DNA of 63,801 nt, the filler included, from Chiloscyllium plagiosum (lineage: Eukaryota): assembly GCF_004010195.1 (NCBI RefSeq). It is 7 parts of one record of this genome, joined end to end, with 100 filler letters (N's around TTAATTAATTAA, not from the genome) between each part and the next. Parts side by side here need not be neighbours in the genome. Positions count along the whole stretch, not along the records: positions 33,500 to 41,813 come from NC_057717.1; positions 41,914 to 51,366 come from NC_057717.1; 5 more parts are not named here. One strand, written 5' to 3'. Positions 36,641-50,264 of the stretch are shown here, one piece after another (the first letter of the stretch is position 1; every line of letters begins with the position of its first letter). A program made the translations under genes and the position numbers. The notes beneath the pieces are model-generated. The model did not search any database, was not told the DNA's origin, and saw only the letters and a list, made by a program, of their open reading frames with translations.

Positions 36641-37460
36641 GGAGTTTGACCCCACGCCGCAGCTCACCAATAGGATAAACAACACACTGAGAAACCTACA
36701 AAAACAAAACGGACAGATAACCAGTTTTGACCGACAGAGAGTGAAATCTGAAAGCAACAACATCCTCAGATTCTATGGACTACCTAAAGTGCACAAACCA
36801 GACATCCCACTCAGACCCATAGTATCACTACCAGGGACACCATCACACAAACTGGCTAAAGAACTACAGCAGAAACTGGAACACCTGATCAGCGTATCCA
36901 GACACTCTATACAGTCAACAAAGGAATTCGTGGACATGATCAGAAATATACACATAGACAAGGAAGAAACTATGGTCTCATTCGATGTCACGGCACTGTT
37001 CACCTCTATCGTCAAAACCCTAGCCAGAGAAACAATAGCCAACCTGCTGGACATACAGAACAGACAACAGGACGGTAAACCTATCAACAAAGATGGCATA
37101 CTCAAACTACAGGACCTGTGCCTCACAACTCACTTCACATTCAACAACCAAATATATGAACAAATCAACGGCACACCCATGGGCTCACCCATCTCTGGAC
37201 TCATAACAGAAGCGGTAATGCAGAGAACACCGAACGGAAAATTCACCACAAAGATATACAGGATAGACACACACACACAGACCAAGTCCTAAACTACGAA
37301 AGCAACCACCCCAACACACACACAAAAGAAGTTGCATCAAGACACTGTTCAAAAGGTCCACAACACACTGCAGTACACCAGAACGGCAAAAAGAGGAAGA
37401 AAAACACCTATACAATGTATTCGCCAAAAACGGATACCCCCGCAATTTCATTAGGGATTG
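36641..37460 (+). mobile_element. Poseidon-type PLE reverse transcriptase segment, inverted and internally deleted
   Basis: FYGLPKVHKPDIPLRPIVS, MVSFDVTALFTS, YEQINGTPMGSPISG; the YVDD motif region is missing; ends NGYPRNFI. Confidence 0.9.
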
Positions 37461-37479
37461 TTTGTATGGATTTGCTGGA

Positions 37480-40400
37480 CGACTGTCCTCTGATATTGAT
37501 GAGGGCAGTGCAGATGATGTGGTTTATATGGAGTTCATTAAGGTCTTTGACAAGGTCCCACACGGAAGGCTGGTCCAAAAGGAAAGATCCCATGGGATCC
37601 AAGGCAAGTTGGTAAATTGGCTCCACAATTGGTGGAGGGTTGGTTTTGTGATTGAAAGCCATTGTCCAGCGGGTGTATCATTGTGATCTGTGCTGGAGCC
37701 ATTGGTGTTCATTATGGGCATTAATCACTCAGATGTGAAAGCAGAAGGTAACATTAGTACGTTTGCAGATAACATGAAAGGTAAGGGTGTTGTCCATAGT
37801 GAGTGGGATGCACTCAGGCTGCAGTCTGATATCGATCAGATGATAAATTGAGCAGAGTAATGGCAGACAGAGTTTACTTCTGATCACTGTGTGGTACTTC
37901 ACTGTGGCAAGTCTAATAAACGAATGATATACATCATGAATGGTAGGTCCTCCTGGAGTACTGAGGAACACAGGGACCTTGATGTCTGAAGGTGTCAGCA
38001 CAGGTAGACAGGGTGGGGAATACACCTGAACTGGGAGCAGGAGGGGGACCCACATCCTGGTGGGGAACGTTGCTGGAGCTGCTTGAGAGGATTTAAACTC
38101 GTCTGGCAGGGCTGTGTGACCCCAAAGAGCCGTAAGGCCAGAAAGCAAATTGAGGCTGGTACAAATGTTTAAGAGAACAATATAAGTAGGCAAGGCAGGC
38201 AAGAACATAGCAGACAATTAGGGAAAACTGGTGGATTAAACTGCAGTTATTTCAATACAAAGGGCCATAACAGATAAGGCCGATGAACCCAGAGCATGGA
38301 TGGGAACATGGGATTGGGATACCACAGATATTACAGAAACACAGCTGAGGGAGCAACTGGACCAGCAGCTCAATGTTCCGGAGACAGATGCTAAAGGAAG
38401 GATAGAACAGGAGGCAAAACAGGAGGAGAGCTGTTGGTTTTGATTGGGGGAAACATCCCAGCAGTACCTAGAGGGAGTATTCATGCAGCATCGCCCAGTT
38501 AAGCGATATTGGTGGAACTGAGAAATAAAAATTGTCCATTAGTTTTCTACTGTCGGACTACAGCGATAGGCAATGGGAGATGAAGGAGCAAATATGTCAG
38601 GAGATTTCAGATATCTCTGAGAATAATACGGATGTAATGATAGGGGATCTTAACCGTTCCAAACCTGGACTGGGATTGCTACTAAGTTAAGCATTTGGAT
38701 GGAAGGAATTTGTTAAGTGTGTTCTGAAAACTCCTAGTCATTATGTAAGTGGCCCAACTGGAGAATGGGGCTAAACCTGACTTCGCCTTGGGAAACAAGG
38801 TAGGGAACAGGACTGAGGTGTTAGTGAGGGAGCACTTTGGAAAGTTACCACAATTGTATTAGTTTGAAAATAGCGATGGAAAAGGACAGGCCTGGTCCAC
38901 AAGTTCAAGTTATTCAATGGAGCAAGATAGTATTAGACATGAATTTTTAAAGTAGATCTGTGGAGGCTATTTGCAGATAAAGGGAAGTCTGGCAAGTAGG
39001 AATATTGTAAAACCGAGATAAAAGGAGAGTTCAGCGCCAGCGTGTTCCTGTTAGTGTGCAGCTCAATGCTGACTGAATTAGGAAACACTGGCTGAGTTTC
39101 GAGACTGTGGTCAAGAACAAAAGGGGTCACATGTCAGATATAGCTGGCTGACTCAAGGGAATCCCTTCAGGAGCATCGGGGCAGCAGAAATACACTTAGG
39201 ATGGAAATCAGGGTTGTAAAAAGGGGACACGAGATAGCTTTGGCACAGGAAGTTAAGGAGAATCCAAAGGGACGCTCCAAGGGTATTAACACCAATAGAA
39301 GGTCTCGGGACAAAACCGGTATCCTTAATGATCAATGAAGACAACGATGTGTGAAACTACAAGATCCGAAACAAATATTTCACTCTGGAACTTACTGTGG
39401 GTAATGACTGGGGCGCTCAGGGAACTAAACAGTGTTTGGCCTGACTACTATTGGAATACTGTGCAATCTGGTCTCAATGCCATCGGGAGGATGTCGTGGA
39501 ACATGAAAGGGTTCAGAAGAAATGACCAAGGATGTTGCCAGGGCTGGAGGGTTTCCGCTTCAGCGAAAAGCCTGAATAGGCTGGGACTGTTTTCAGTTGA
39601 ACATGGGAGGCTGAGGATTTAACCGATAAAAGGTGTTTAAAATCATGATGGTCATCGACAGGGTCAACAGACAAGGTCATTTCCCCAGGCGAGGGAAACT
39701 TTTCAAAGGGATCTAAAGGACAACTGGCCGCAACAGAGTGGATGGAATAAGCTGCCAGAGCAAATAATGGATGTTGATAGAAATACATTTAAAAGGCATG
39801 TGGATGGGTGTATGAATTGCAAGGTCAGGCAGCATCCAGGGAACAGGAGAATCGACGTTTCGGGCATAAGCCCTTCTTCAGGAATTCCTGAAGAAGGGCT
39901 TATGCCCAAAACGTCGATTCTCCCGTTCCCTGGATGCTGCCTGACCTGCTGCGTTTTCCAGCAACACATTTTCAGTTCTGATCTCCAGCATCTGCAGACC
40001 TCACTTTCTCCTCTATGAATAGCAAGGGTTTAGAGGGATATTGGCAAAATTGTGGCAAATGTGACTAGAAACGCCATGCAGGAGTTGGTCCAAAGGGCCT
40101 GTTTCTGTGCTGCACATCTCGAAGACTCAATGTCTTGAAATGAGTCCACATTATAGAAAAGGAGGTGCTGGAGGTTTTAAAACACAAAGGTAGATAAAAC
40201 CCCAGGACCTGATCAAATGGATCTCAGGACATTGTAGGAATCTGGTGAAGAAATTGTAGGGCCCCTAGCAGAGATATTTGTACCATGGAGTGCTATGTGT
40301 GATTGGCTGTTAGACTGGAGGGTGGAATTGTGGACAGTGAAGAAGGTTTTCTGAGATTACAAAGGGATACTGATGAAATGTGTGAATGGCTTAAAAACTG

Positions 40401-41813
40401 TAGATGGAGTTCAATCTGAATAAATGCGAGGTAATGCATTTTGTACAACAAACACGGACAGGACTTATACAATTAATGGCAAGACCTTCGGTAGTGGTTG
40501 TAGAACAGAGGGACCTCAGGGTTCAGCTACATAATTCTTTGAAGTTTGCAACATGGAGAGACAGGATAGTTTAAAAAAGGTGCTTGCCTCACTTGCTTTC
40601 ATTGCCCAGTCCTTTGCATATAGGAATTGGGAAGTCATATTGAGATTATACAGGCCAGTGGTGAGTCCTCTTCTGGAATACTGTGTCCAGTTCTGGTCGC
40701 CCAGTTATAGGAAGGATATTATTAAGCTGGAAAGGATTGTGAGATTTACTGGGATGTGGCTGGATACGAAAGGCTTCAGTATAAAGAAAGGCTGAATAGG
40801 TTGGTATTTTTCACTGAAACCTGAATCTTGACAAATGAACTCATAGAAGTTTATAAAGTCATGAGGGGGATAGATAGAGTTAGTGGGAGTTGTGTTTTCC
40901 CATGGACAGGGGAGTTTCAAGACAAGGCACTACATTTTTAAGTTAGAGGAGAGACATACAAAATAAAAGACATGAGAGGCACATTTTTGCACAGAGGATG
41001 GGTTGTGTGTGAAATGAACTTCCCAAGGAAGGGGTGAACATGGGGACAATTACAATGTTCAAAAGACATTTGGATTAGTACAGGAATAGGAAAGGTTTGA
41101 AGGGATATGATACAGGAACAGGCAGGTGGGATGAGATGTGTTTTCGAGTATGGTTAGCGTTAAAGGAACAGTGCGCTATGACTCTCTGACTATGATTATA
41201 ATTTTGTGTCATCAATTAAGAAAGGCTGCAAGAGAAAGCCAGGGAACTGCAGACTGATGAGCGAGACATCAGGGTGGGTCAGTTGTTGGAGGTCATTCTG
41301 AGAGGTAGGCCTTACATGAATTTGGAAAGATAATGTCTGATTACGGACAGCCAGCATGGCTTTGTGCATGGAAAAACATGTCTTACAACGTGACTGGAGT
41401 TTGCTCAAGATGCGACCAAAAAGACAGATGAAGGCAGAACAACAGGCGTTGTTTCTGGCTTCCGCAAACCCTTGTTTAGGATGTAGCATGATTAATTGGT
41501 TAGTAGGGGTAGATCACAAAGGATGAGGGAGAGCTAGCCAACTAGATACAAAATGGGATGACAGTGGGAGACAGAGGGTGGTGGGAGAGGGTTGTTGTTC
41601 AGACTGGAGGCCTCTGACCAGCAGTGTGCTGTAAGGATTGGTGCTGGGACCACTGTTGTGGACCACTTACATAAACAATTTGAGTGAAAATATAGGAGTC
41701 CCTGTTAATATGTTTATAGATACCAAGATTAGTGGAAGAGTGGGCAGGGAATATAGTTATCGAAGGGGATGTTAATCAACTGGGCCAAGGAATGAAAGAT
41801 GGAGTTTAATTCA
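37480..41813 (+). mobile_element. Cluster of decayed CR1 LINE fragments (EN, RT, 3' ends)
   Basis: DEGSADDVVYMEFIKVFDKVPHGRLVQK; LYRPVVSPLLEYCVQFWSPSYRKDIIKLER; several CR1 3' tails (~40120, ~41190). Confidence 0.8.
39825..40013. mobile_element. Palindromic family A PLE insertion centred on GAATTC
   Basis: cccttcttcagGAATTCctgaagaaggg; imperfect 14-bp TSD tatgaattgcaagg (39811-39824) / tatgaatagcaagg (40014-40027) inside a CR1 3' end. Confidence 0.85.
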
Positions 41814-41913
41814 NNNNNNNNNNNNNNNNNNNNNNNNNNNNNNNNNNNNNNNNNNNNTTAATTAATTAANNNNNNNNNNNNNNNNNNNNNNNNNNNNNNN
41901 NNNNNNNNNNNNN

Positions 41914-42450
41914 ACCACGTGTGGGGGTGATGGGGGGTGGGGTCATGTTCGAGGGGGCGGTAGTACGAGGTGTCCTCGAGTTGGGGTTTGGCTTCAGTGG
42001 TGTAGAGCTCAGTGCGCCAGACTACCCCCTTTACCTGCTGGCTTGATGGTGAGGATGGGATTGGAGGGCTGCACGTTGTGAGGGTGAGAGGTTGGAGTCG
42101 GGGAGGGGGGTAGGCAGGTTGAGGCGGTTAATGTCCTGGCGGCAGTTGGAAATGAAGAGGTTGAAGGCAGGTAATAGGCCAGCGCGGGGTGTCCAGGTGG
42201 ATGCAGTGTGTTGGTGGTGGGCGAAGGGGTCCTCGGAAGGTGGGCGGGAGTCCTGATTATGAAAGTAAGCTCGGAGGGGGCGGAAGAATTGTTCGACGTC
42301 ACAGCGTGCATTAAATTCATTGATGCGTGGACGGAGAGGGACGAAGGTGAGGCCTTTGCTGAGAACTGATCGTTCGTCCTCAGTGAGTGGAAGGTCTGGA
42401 GGGATGGTGAAAACTCGGCAGGGCTGGGAGCTGGGATCTGGTGTGGGTGT
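41914..42450 (-). mobile_element. Penelope-like element RT N-terminal fragment
   Basis: NPILTIKPAGKGG resembles the PLE IKPADKGG motif; GC-rich like 20300-20671. Confidence 0.6.
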
Positions 42451-42451
42451 G

Positions 42452-44790
42452 GAGCTGGCATCATCATCCTAGGAAAAAGACTTCCACTGTCTACCTTTCT
42501 CATCCTCTGATCATCTTGTATGTCTCTATCAAATTCCCTCTAGCCTTATTCTTGCCAATGAGAAGAGTTTCAAGTCTCTCAGCCTTTCCTCACAAGACCT
42601 TCTCTCCAGACCAGGCAACGTTCTGGTAAATCTCCTCTGCACCTTTCCCAATGTTTCCAGATCCTTCTGGAAATATGGGCACCAGAACTGAACACAATAT
42701 TCCAAGTGTGGCTGCACCAGCGTTTTGTGTAGTTGTTGTATGGTATTTCAACTTCGGAACTCAATCCCTCCACGAATGAAACCTAACACACCGTTTGCCT
42801 TCTTAACAGCACTATCATCCTGGGTGGCAACTTTCAGGGATCTGTGTACATGGACTCAAAGATCCCTCTGCACACCACACTAACAAGAATATTTCCATTG
42901 ACCCAGTATCCAGCCTTCCTGTTATTCTTCTCAAAGTGCATCACCTCACATTTAGTTGTATTGAACTCTATTTGCCACCTCTCAGCCCTATTCTGCAGTT
43001 TATCCAAGTCCCCTTGCAACCTGTAACATTCTTCCAAACTGTCCAGTACTACACTGACTTTAGTGTCATCTGCAAATTTCCTCATCCATTCACCTATACC
43101 GGCAGTGGTCCCAAAACTGATCCTGGTGGCACGTGACTGGTAACTGGACTCCAGGCTGAATATTTTCCATCAACCACCACACGTTGCCTTCTTTCAGAAA
43201 GCAAGTTTCTAATCCAAACTGCTAAATCACCCTCAATTCTATGCCTCTGCATTTTCTCCAACAGCTTACCACGTGGAACCTTGTCAAAGGCTTTACTTTT
43301 GTCCATGTGTACCACGTCAAATGCCCTACCCTCGTCTACAAGCTTGGTGACCTTCTCAAAAAACTCAATGAGTTTTGTGAGACATGACCTGCTCTTGACA
43401 AAACCAAGTTGACTATCTGAAATCAAATTGATGTTTGCCAGATGATTATAAATCTTATCTCATATAAGCCTTTCCTAAACCTTTCCTACAACAGAAGTAA
43501 GGCTCACTGGTCTATAATTACCTGGGTTATCTCTACTGCCCTTCTTGAACAAGGGCACAACATTTGCAATCTTCCAGTGCTCTGGTACCAAATCTGCAGA
43601 CACTGACAACTCAAATATCCAAGCCAAAGGCTATGCCACCTTCTCCCTAGCTTCCCAGAGAATCCTCGGATAAATCCCATCCAGCCCAGGGGACTTGACT
43701 ATTTTCACTCCTTCCAGCATTCTTAACACCTGTTCGGAACTAACCTTGATAATTTCTAGTCTAATATCTCATACCTCATTCTCCTCCTCTACACTATTCT
43801 CCTTTTCCTGAGTGAAAACCGATGAGAAATGTTCATTTAGCATCTCTCTGATCTCCACAGGATCAACACTCATCTTCTCATTCTGTCTGTGATAGGCCCT
43901 ATTCCTACCCTAATCATCTTTTTATTCCTCACATACCCATAGAAAGCTTTAGGTGTTCTCCTTTATTCTATTTGTTAAAGACTGCTCGTGTCCTCTCTTT
44001 GCTCTTCTGAACTCTCTCTTTAAATCGTTCTTAGCTGATCTGTAAATCTCCATCGCCTCATCTGAACCATCTTGCCTCATCAACACCTTAGCCTCCTTCT
44101 TCTTCGTAACAAGAGATGCAGTTCCACAGTAAACCGCGGTTCCCTTACCTTATCACTTCCTCCCTGCCTGACAGGGACATACCTATCAAGGACACGCAAT
44201 ATCTGTTTCTTAAACCAGCTCCACATTTCCATTCTCTGCATCCCCTGCACTTTGCTACCCCATTCTGTGCATCTAAATCTTGCCTAATAGCATTGTAATT
44301 GCCCTTGCCCCATCAATAACTCTTGACCTGTGGCATGTTCTTATTCCTTTCCATCGCTAAACAAAACTTAACTGAATTATGCTCACTCTCTCCAAAGTGC
44401 TCACCTACAACTAAATCAAACACCTAGTCTGGTTCATTACCAAGGACCAGATCCAATGTGGCCTCCCCTCTTGTCGGCCCTTCGACATACTGTGTCAGGA
44501 AACCCTCCTGTACACATTGGATAAAACTGATCCATCCAACGTATTAGAGTGAACGCATTTCCAGTCAATTTTGGGGAAGTTAAAGTCTCCCATAATGACC
44601 ACCCTGTTACTTTCACCCCTATCCAGAATAATTTTGCTAATCCTCTATTCCACCTCCCTGGAACTCTGCAGAGGCCTATATTAAAAAAGAACTCCAAGCT
44701 GTGTGACCTCTCCTCTCCTGTTTCTAACCTCAGCCCACACTACCTCAGTAGACGAGTCCTCATCAAAAGTTCTCTCAGCCACCGTTATGC
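42452..44790 (-). mobile_element. CR1 LINE ORF2 (EN-RT), relatively well preserved
   Basis: DSQLGFVKSRSCLTKLIEFFEKVTK..SKAFDKVP, KFADDTK, PHLEYCVQFW. Confidence 0.9.
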
Positions 44791-45159
44791 TCTCCTCATC
44801 TAAGGTGACATGCATGGACCCATTGCAGAGCTTCAAACTCCATGAGGCAGCCATACTCTCTGACAGACAGACTCAGTCTGGAACCTCCTCTGTCCTTAAG
44901 ACCTTATGCACTGCCTATGCTCCTCCATTTCCCCTTTGCACGTTCCCTTTCCAACCCACCCCACCTGCATCACTCCACGAATGCTGCTGTCAAGGGCAGA
45001 AGTCAGTGGAATACCCTCCCTCACCTTCTCTATCCTCCTTTAAGATGTATTTTAAAATCATTCTCTTTAATCAACGTTTTGATCATCCATGAAACACCTT
45101 AGGAGATTTGCCATTGTGAAAGATTCCATACAATGCAAGTAGTTGTTGTTATTGTCGTA

Positions 45160-47580
45160 CATTAGGAGAAACAGGAATGACGCATTCAAAATTCTAACAA
45201 GTAAGTCACTGACAGGTGTAATGTGTAGGCCACCAAATAATAACATCACATTGGGATGGGCAATAAACAAAGAAATAACTATTGCCTGTAAAAATGGTAC
45301 GGCTATTACCATGGGTGATTTTAATCTACATGTAGATTGATCGAACCAGCTCCGTCAGGGTAGCCTTGAGTTTATTAAGTGTATCCATGATAGTTTTCTT
45401 GAACTATATGATATGGAACTGACAAGGGAGCAATCTATCCAGCATTTGGCGCTGTGCAATGAGACAGGAATAATTAATGACCTCAGAGTTAGGGATCCTC
45501 TTGGAAGAAATGATCACTGTATAGTTGAATTTAGAATACATATGCAGAGTGTGAAGATAAATTCTAATACCTGGGTCCTGGGCTTCAACACAGGGAACTA
45601 CAATAGAATGAGGGAGAACCTGGATAAAGTAGACTGGAAACAAAGATTTTATGGTGGGACAGTTGATGAGCAGTGGAAGATTTTCAAACGCACTTTACGA
45701 AGTGCTCAGCAATGGTATATTTCAGTGAAAAGGAAGGACTGTAAGAAAAGGCATACTCTGCGATGGGTTTCTAAGGAAAGCGATCAAACTGAAAGAGAAG
45801 GCATGCAACGTGGCCAAAAACAGCCTGAAACTAGAACTGGGAAAACGTTAAAGGTCAACAGAAAGCCACAGAAGAGCTATAAAGAAAACTAAGATAGAAC
45901 ATGAGAAAAATAAACTAGCACAGACTATAAAGACAGATAGCAAAATTTTATATTGAATGAGAAAAGTGGCTAAAGTCCTTTGGAAAATGAGAAGGAACAT
46001 TTAATTATGGGATATCACAGTGGAGGAAACTAATATCTTGCCAATAATTAGCAAAGAGACAAACATAGGTGAGGATTTGGAAACTATCATTATTACGGGA
46101 CAGCTAGTGTTGGACTGTTGGAGTTAATTGAGCTAATGACAGAAAAGTCTTCTGATGCTGATGCAGCAAAAGTGATGCCACGTTTTTAAAAAGGAGGTGG
46201 ACAAAAAGTGGGGAATTATACACAAGTTAACTTATTCTCTGTAGTGGGAAAGATGCTTGGGTCTATTATCAAATAAGAAATAGCAGGGAATCTTAATAGA
46301 AATTGTCCCATTGGACAGACAGAGCATGGGTTCATGTAGGGCAGGTCATGCTTCACAAATCGTTTGGAATTCTATGAAGACATTTTGAGCAAGGTGGACA
46401 ACGGGGACCCAGTGGATGCGGTGTACCTGGATTTCGAAAAGGCCTTCAACAAAGTGCTGTGCAAGAGGCTGTGGCATAATATAAAGGTGCATGGCGTTAG
46501 GAGTAGAGTATTAGCATGGATAGAAGATTGGTTGACGAACAGGAAGCAAAGTGTGGGGATAAATGAGTACTAGCCAGGCTGGCAATCAGTGACTAATAGT
46601 GTGACTCAGGGATCACTGTTTGGGACTGCGATTATTTAGAATTGATACAGATGATTTGGAGTTGGCGACCACATGTAGGGTGTCAACGTTTGCATATGAC
46701 ACTAAGGTGATTAGTGGAACAAATTGAAGCAGAGGACTGTGAAACTTTGCAGAGGAACATAAATATATTGAGTGAGTGGGCAATGGTCTGGCATTTGGAA
46801 AATAATGTTCATAAAGTCCTACTGTTTGGTTGGAGTAACATTAAAAAAGAGATTATTACTTGAATTTTAAAAGGTTGCATCATTTGCTATGCAGGGGTCA
46901 CCTGAGTAACCTTCTGCATGAAGGTTGGTCAACAGGTACAACAAGCAATTCAGAAAGCAAATGGAAGTTTGGCCTTCATTGCTGAAGGGATTGCGTTTGA
47001 AAGCAGAGGTTATGTTCCAGCTGTATTGGGTGCTGGTGAGGCCACACCTGGAGTACTGCATGCAGTTTCTGTCTCCTCACTTGCTCAAGGATGTACCAGC
47101 ACTAGAGGGGGTGCAGAGGAGGTTAACTAGGTTGATTCCGGAGTTGAGGGGGTTGGCTTAACAGAGACTGAGTAGATTGGGATTATATTCATTGAAAATC
47201 AGAAGAATGGGAAACATATAAAATCATGAATGGAATGGATAAAACAGAAGTAGAGAGAATGTTTCCACTGGCAGATGAAGCCAGGACAAGAGGGCATCAC
47301 CTCAAGATTAGAGGCAGCAAATTTAGGACTGAATTGAGAAGGAACTTCTTGACCTCTATGGAATTTATTGCCCAGGGAAGTAGCTGATGCTAGTTCAGTA
47401 AACGTTTTTAAAGCTAAGGAAGCTTTTTTTTTAAAGAAATAACTAATTAATTAAGGGATATGGTGAGAACGTTGGTAAATGGTTCTGCATCCACGAAATG
47501 ATCAGCCATGATCTTAATGAATGGCAGAGCAAGCTCAAAGGGCAGGACGGCATTCTCCTGTTCCGAGTTCTTTTGTTGTT
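45160..47580 (+). mobile_element. CR1 LINE (second family), EN-RT-3' end
   Basis: [45 protein letters not shown]; 3' tail cattctcctgttccgagttcttttgtt. Confidence 0.85.
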
Positions 47581-47605
47581 ATATTTTGCATTCCTCCCGC
47601 ACTCT

Positions 47606-47730
47606 TGACTTTCAGGTGCTGGCATTGGATTAGGATGGACAAAATTAAAATTCACAGGACACCAGGTTTATTTGGAAGCACTCACTTTGCAGCTTCTTCA
47701 TCAGGTGGTTGTGTGATTTTTAACTTTGTG
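47606..47730. mobile_element. Degenerate family B PLE palindrome
   Basis: ttaaaattcacaggacaccaggtta..ttggaagcac..cttcatcaggtggttgtgtgatttttaactttgt. Confidence 0.55.
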
Positions 47731-47779
47731 TCTCACTCTTGTAACTGATAAACAGCAACAAAAGCCACGAAGCAGTGAG

Positions 47780-47960
47780 CATGCTCCAGGCAACAATGGG
47801 CCCCTGGTGGTTGATGTCAGCGGAAGACCAATGGAAAGGCAGGGGCAGAACTGGAGGACCTGGCGGGGCATTTTGTCCTCCGACCAATCAGAGTAAATGA
47901 GGGATGGGACTAGACTATACCACGTGATCATCCGCACGGTGGGTGCGGGTGTGCGGGACG
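47780..47960 (+). promoter_or_regulatory. GC/CCAAT-box promoter-like element, homologous (inverted) to 35030-35105
   Basis: CCAAT x2, ggggcagaactggaggacc..cctccgaccaatcagagtaaatgag, E-box CACGTG; reverse complement of 35041-35100 is ggggcggaactggaggaccaag..cctccaaccagagtgagtgag. Confidence 0.4.
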
Positions 47961-48299
47961 TGTGGATGGAGAGCTGTTCGTAAGGAAAGAAATAAACAGC
48001 AGGAAGTTGGACGGAAATGGTGCTGGTATGGGCTGAGAGATTTTACAAACATTTGGTGCACATCAGAAAATACAAATTTGAAACTTTCAGTCCCGTTTTT
48101 GCAGTAAACTGGAAAATAACCTCATCGTGTGATCGCCGCCATCATTATTTGTGGCAAAGATTCACTGGACACGTGCGCGGCCGCTAGCTTTGTCGGGGGC
48201 AAAGTTCAGAGGTAGCCCTCCCTGCTAGAGAGTCATAGGGCAGGATTTACACAGAGCACATTCAAACCCAGAGAAATGGGTGGGTTTTTTTTCTGGATT

Positions 48300-49180
48300 T
48301 GTTTCTTCATCCATTTAAATGATCTGGATGTGAATAGAGGCGGTACAGTTAGTAAGTTTGCAGATGACACCAAAATTGGAGGTATTGTCGACAGTGTTAA
48401 AGGTTGTCTCTGAATACAATGGGATATTGATCAGATGGGCCAATGGGCTGCGGAGAGGCAGATAGGGTTTAATTTAGATAAATGTGAGGTGCTGCATTTT
48501 AGAAAAGCAAATCAGAGCAGCACTCACACTGAATTGTAAGGTCTTGGTGAGTCTTGCTGAACAAAGAGACCTTGGAGTGCATGTTCATGGTTCCTTGAAA
48601 GTAGAGTCACAGGTAGATAGGATAGTGAAGAAATTGTTTGGGATTCTTCCCTTCGTTGGTCAGAGCATTGAGTAAAGGAGCTGTACAGGACATTGGTTAG
48701 GCCACTTTTGGAATATTGTGTGGAATTCTGGTCTCCCTCTTATCAGAAAGAGGCACTAAAACATGGAAGGTTTGAGAATTGATTGTTTAAGGATGTTGTC
48801 AGGGTTGGAGGATTTGAGTTGCAGCGAGAAGCATAATAGGCTGGGGCCATTTTCCCTGGAGTGTCAAGGGCTGAGGTGTGATGTTGAAGAGGTTTATAAA
48901 ATCGCGAGGGGCATGGATAGCGTAAATAGACAAGGTGTTTACCCTGGGGTGGTGGAGCCCAGAACTAGAGGATATAGGTTTAGGGTGAAAGGGGAAAATT
49001 CAAAAGGAGCCTAAAGCGCAACTAAAATTGTAACATTTAAAAGGCATTTGAATAGGAAGGGTCCAGAGGGATGTCGGTCAAGTACTGGCAAATGGGAATA
49101 GTTTAGGTTAGAATATCTGATTTGCGTAGATGGGTTGGACTGAAGAGTCTGTTTTTGTGCTAGACATCTCTGACTGTGGG
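48300..49180 (+). mobile_element. 5'-truncated CR1 LINE
   Basis: SKFADDTKIGG (agtaagtttgcagatgacaccaaaattggagg), EQRDLGVHVH, 3' tail near 49170. Confidence 0.85.
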
Positions 49181-50264
49181 ATCATAAAAGTGAACACTGC
49201 TCTGATTCACCTCTGGGCTCATTGATGTCCACTTGTTCGTTATCTAGCTTCCTCAGTCTCACATGAGTGTATTTTTGCCATGTTAAGTATTTTACTAATA
49301 CGTTCACAGACCTTTTTGTAAATGGATTGTCCACTGCTGCCCGACTCCACACCGTATGCTGCTCCATTATCAGGTTATTTTTTCCACAATATCTTTGACA
49401 GTCAAGAATTCTTTTTTCCAATAGTGAGTGGATTTTTCTTCCATTTCTGACAGTCAAATTCTGCACCATTTTCATTCCCTATAATTCATATTGCACTCCC
49501 TGAAACATCATGTGTATTTCTCCTTCCACGGATACCAGTGATCATTGCCAAAGCCCTGTTGCCTGTGGAGAGGGTGATGTTTGACTTCCTTGTACAGCTG
49601 CAGTTTGAATGATGAAGGTGCTCCCACAACATGGTTGGGTAAGAGACATTACAGATTATTCACTCAGCGATAGTGAAAAGTAGAAGATATCTGTACAACT
49701 CAACATGTTTTTAATTTCACAAAAATATTGAGAACGTTTGACATAAGGCCACAGCTGGAGAATATTATGTCTAGTGACCAAACCTATTGCCAAATAAGCA
49801 ATTTTTCAGGAATGCCTTAAAGGAAGAAAGCAGATCTTAGAGGGTGGGAATTCCAGACCGTGTTGCCTTGGAATCTATAGAAACAGTCACACAGCTGAAC
49901 TCAAAAATAAACGCATCATTGGGAGTCGAAGCTAAAATGAGTTATTGAGATGTGAAAGGGTGTCTGATGCATGGAGATAGGAATGATTACAGCCAGGAAT
50001 TAAGTCAAGGGTGTGAAAGAAAATTGCTGTTGCTTATAAATGGGAGACTTTTGATGGATCAGCAAGTTCTGGTACAAGTGAGCACTTGGGCGGTAGAGTT
50101 TTCAATATTCTGGAGATTATAGGGAGGGTGATTGTGGGATGCTGGCCAGGAGTGGATATAGATAATGAAATCTAGAGTTAACAAAAGGAATGAATGAGAG
50201 TTTCATTAAATGAGCTGAGACTGTGGTGAGTTCAGGTGATATCACTGAAGTCGAAATAGTGGTC

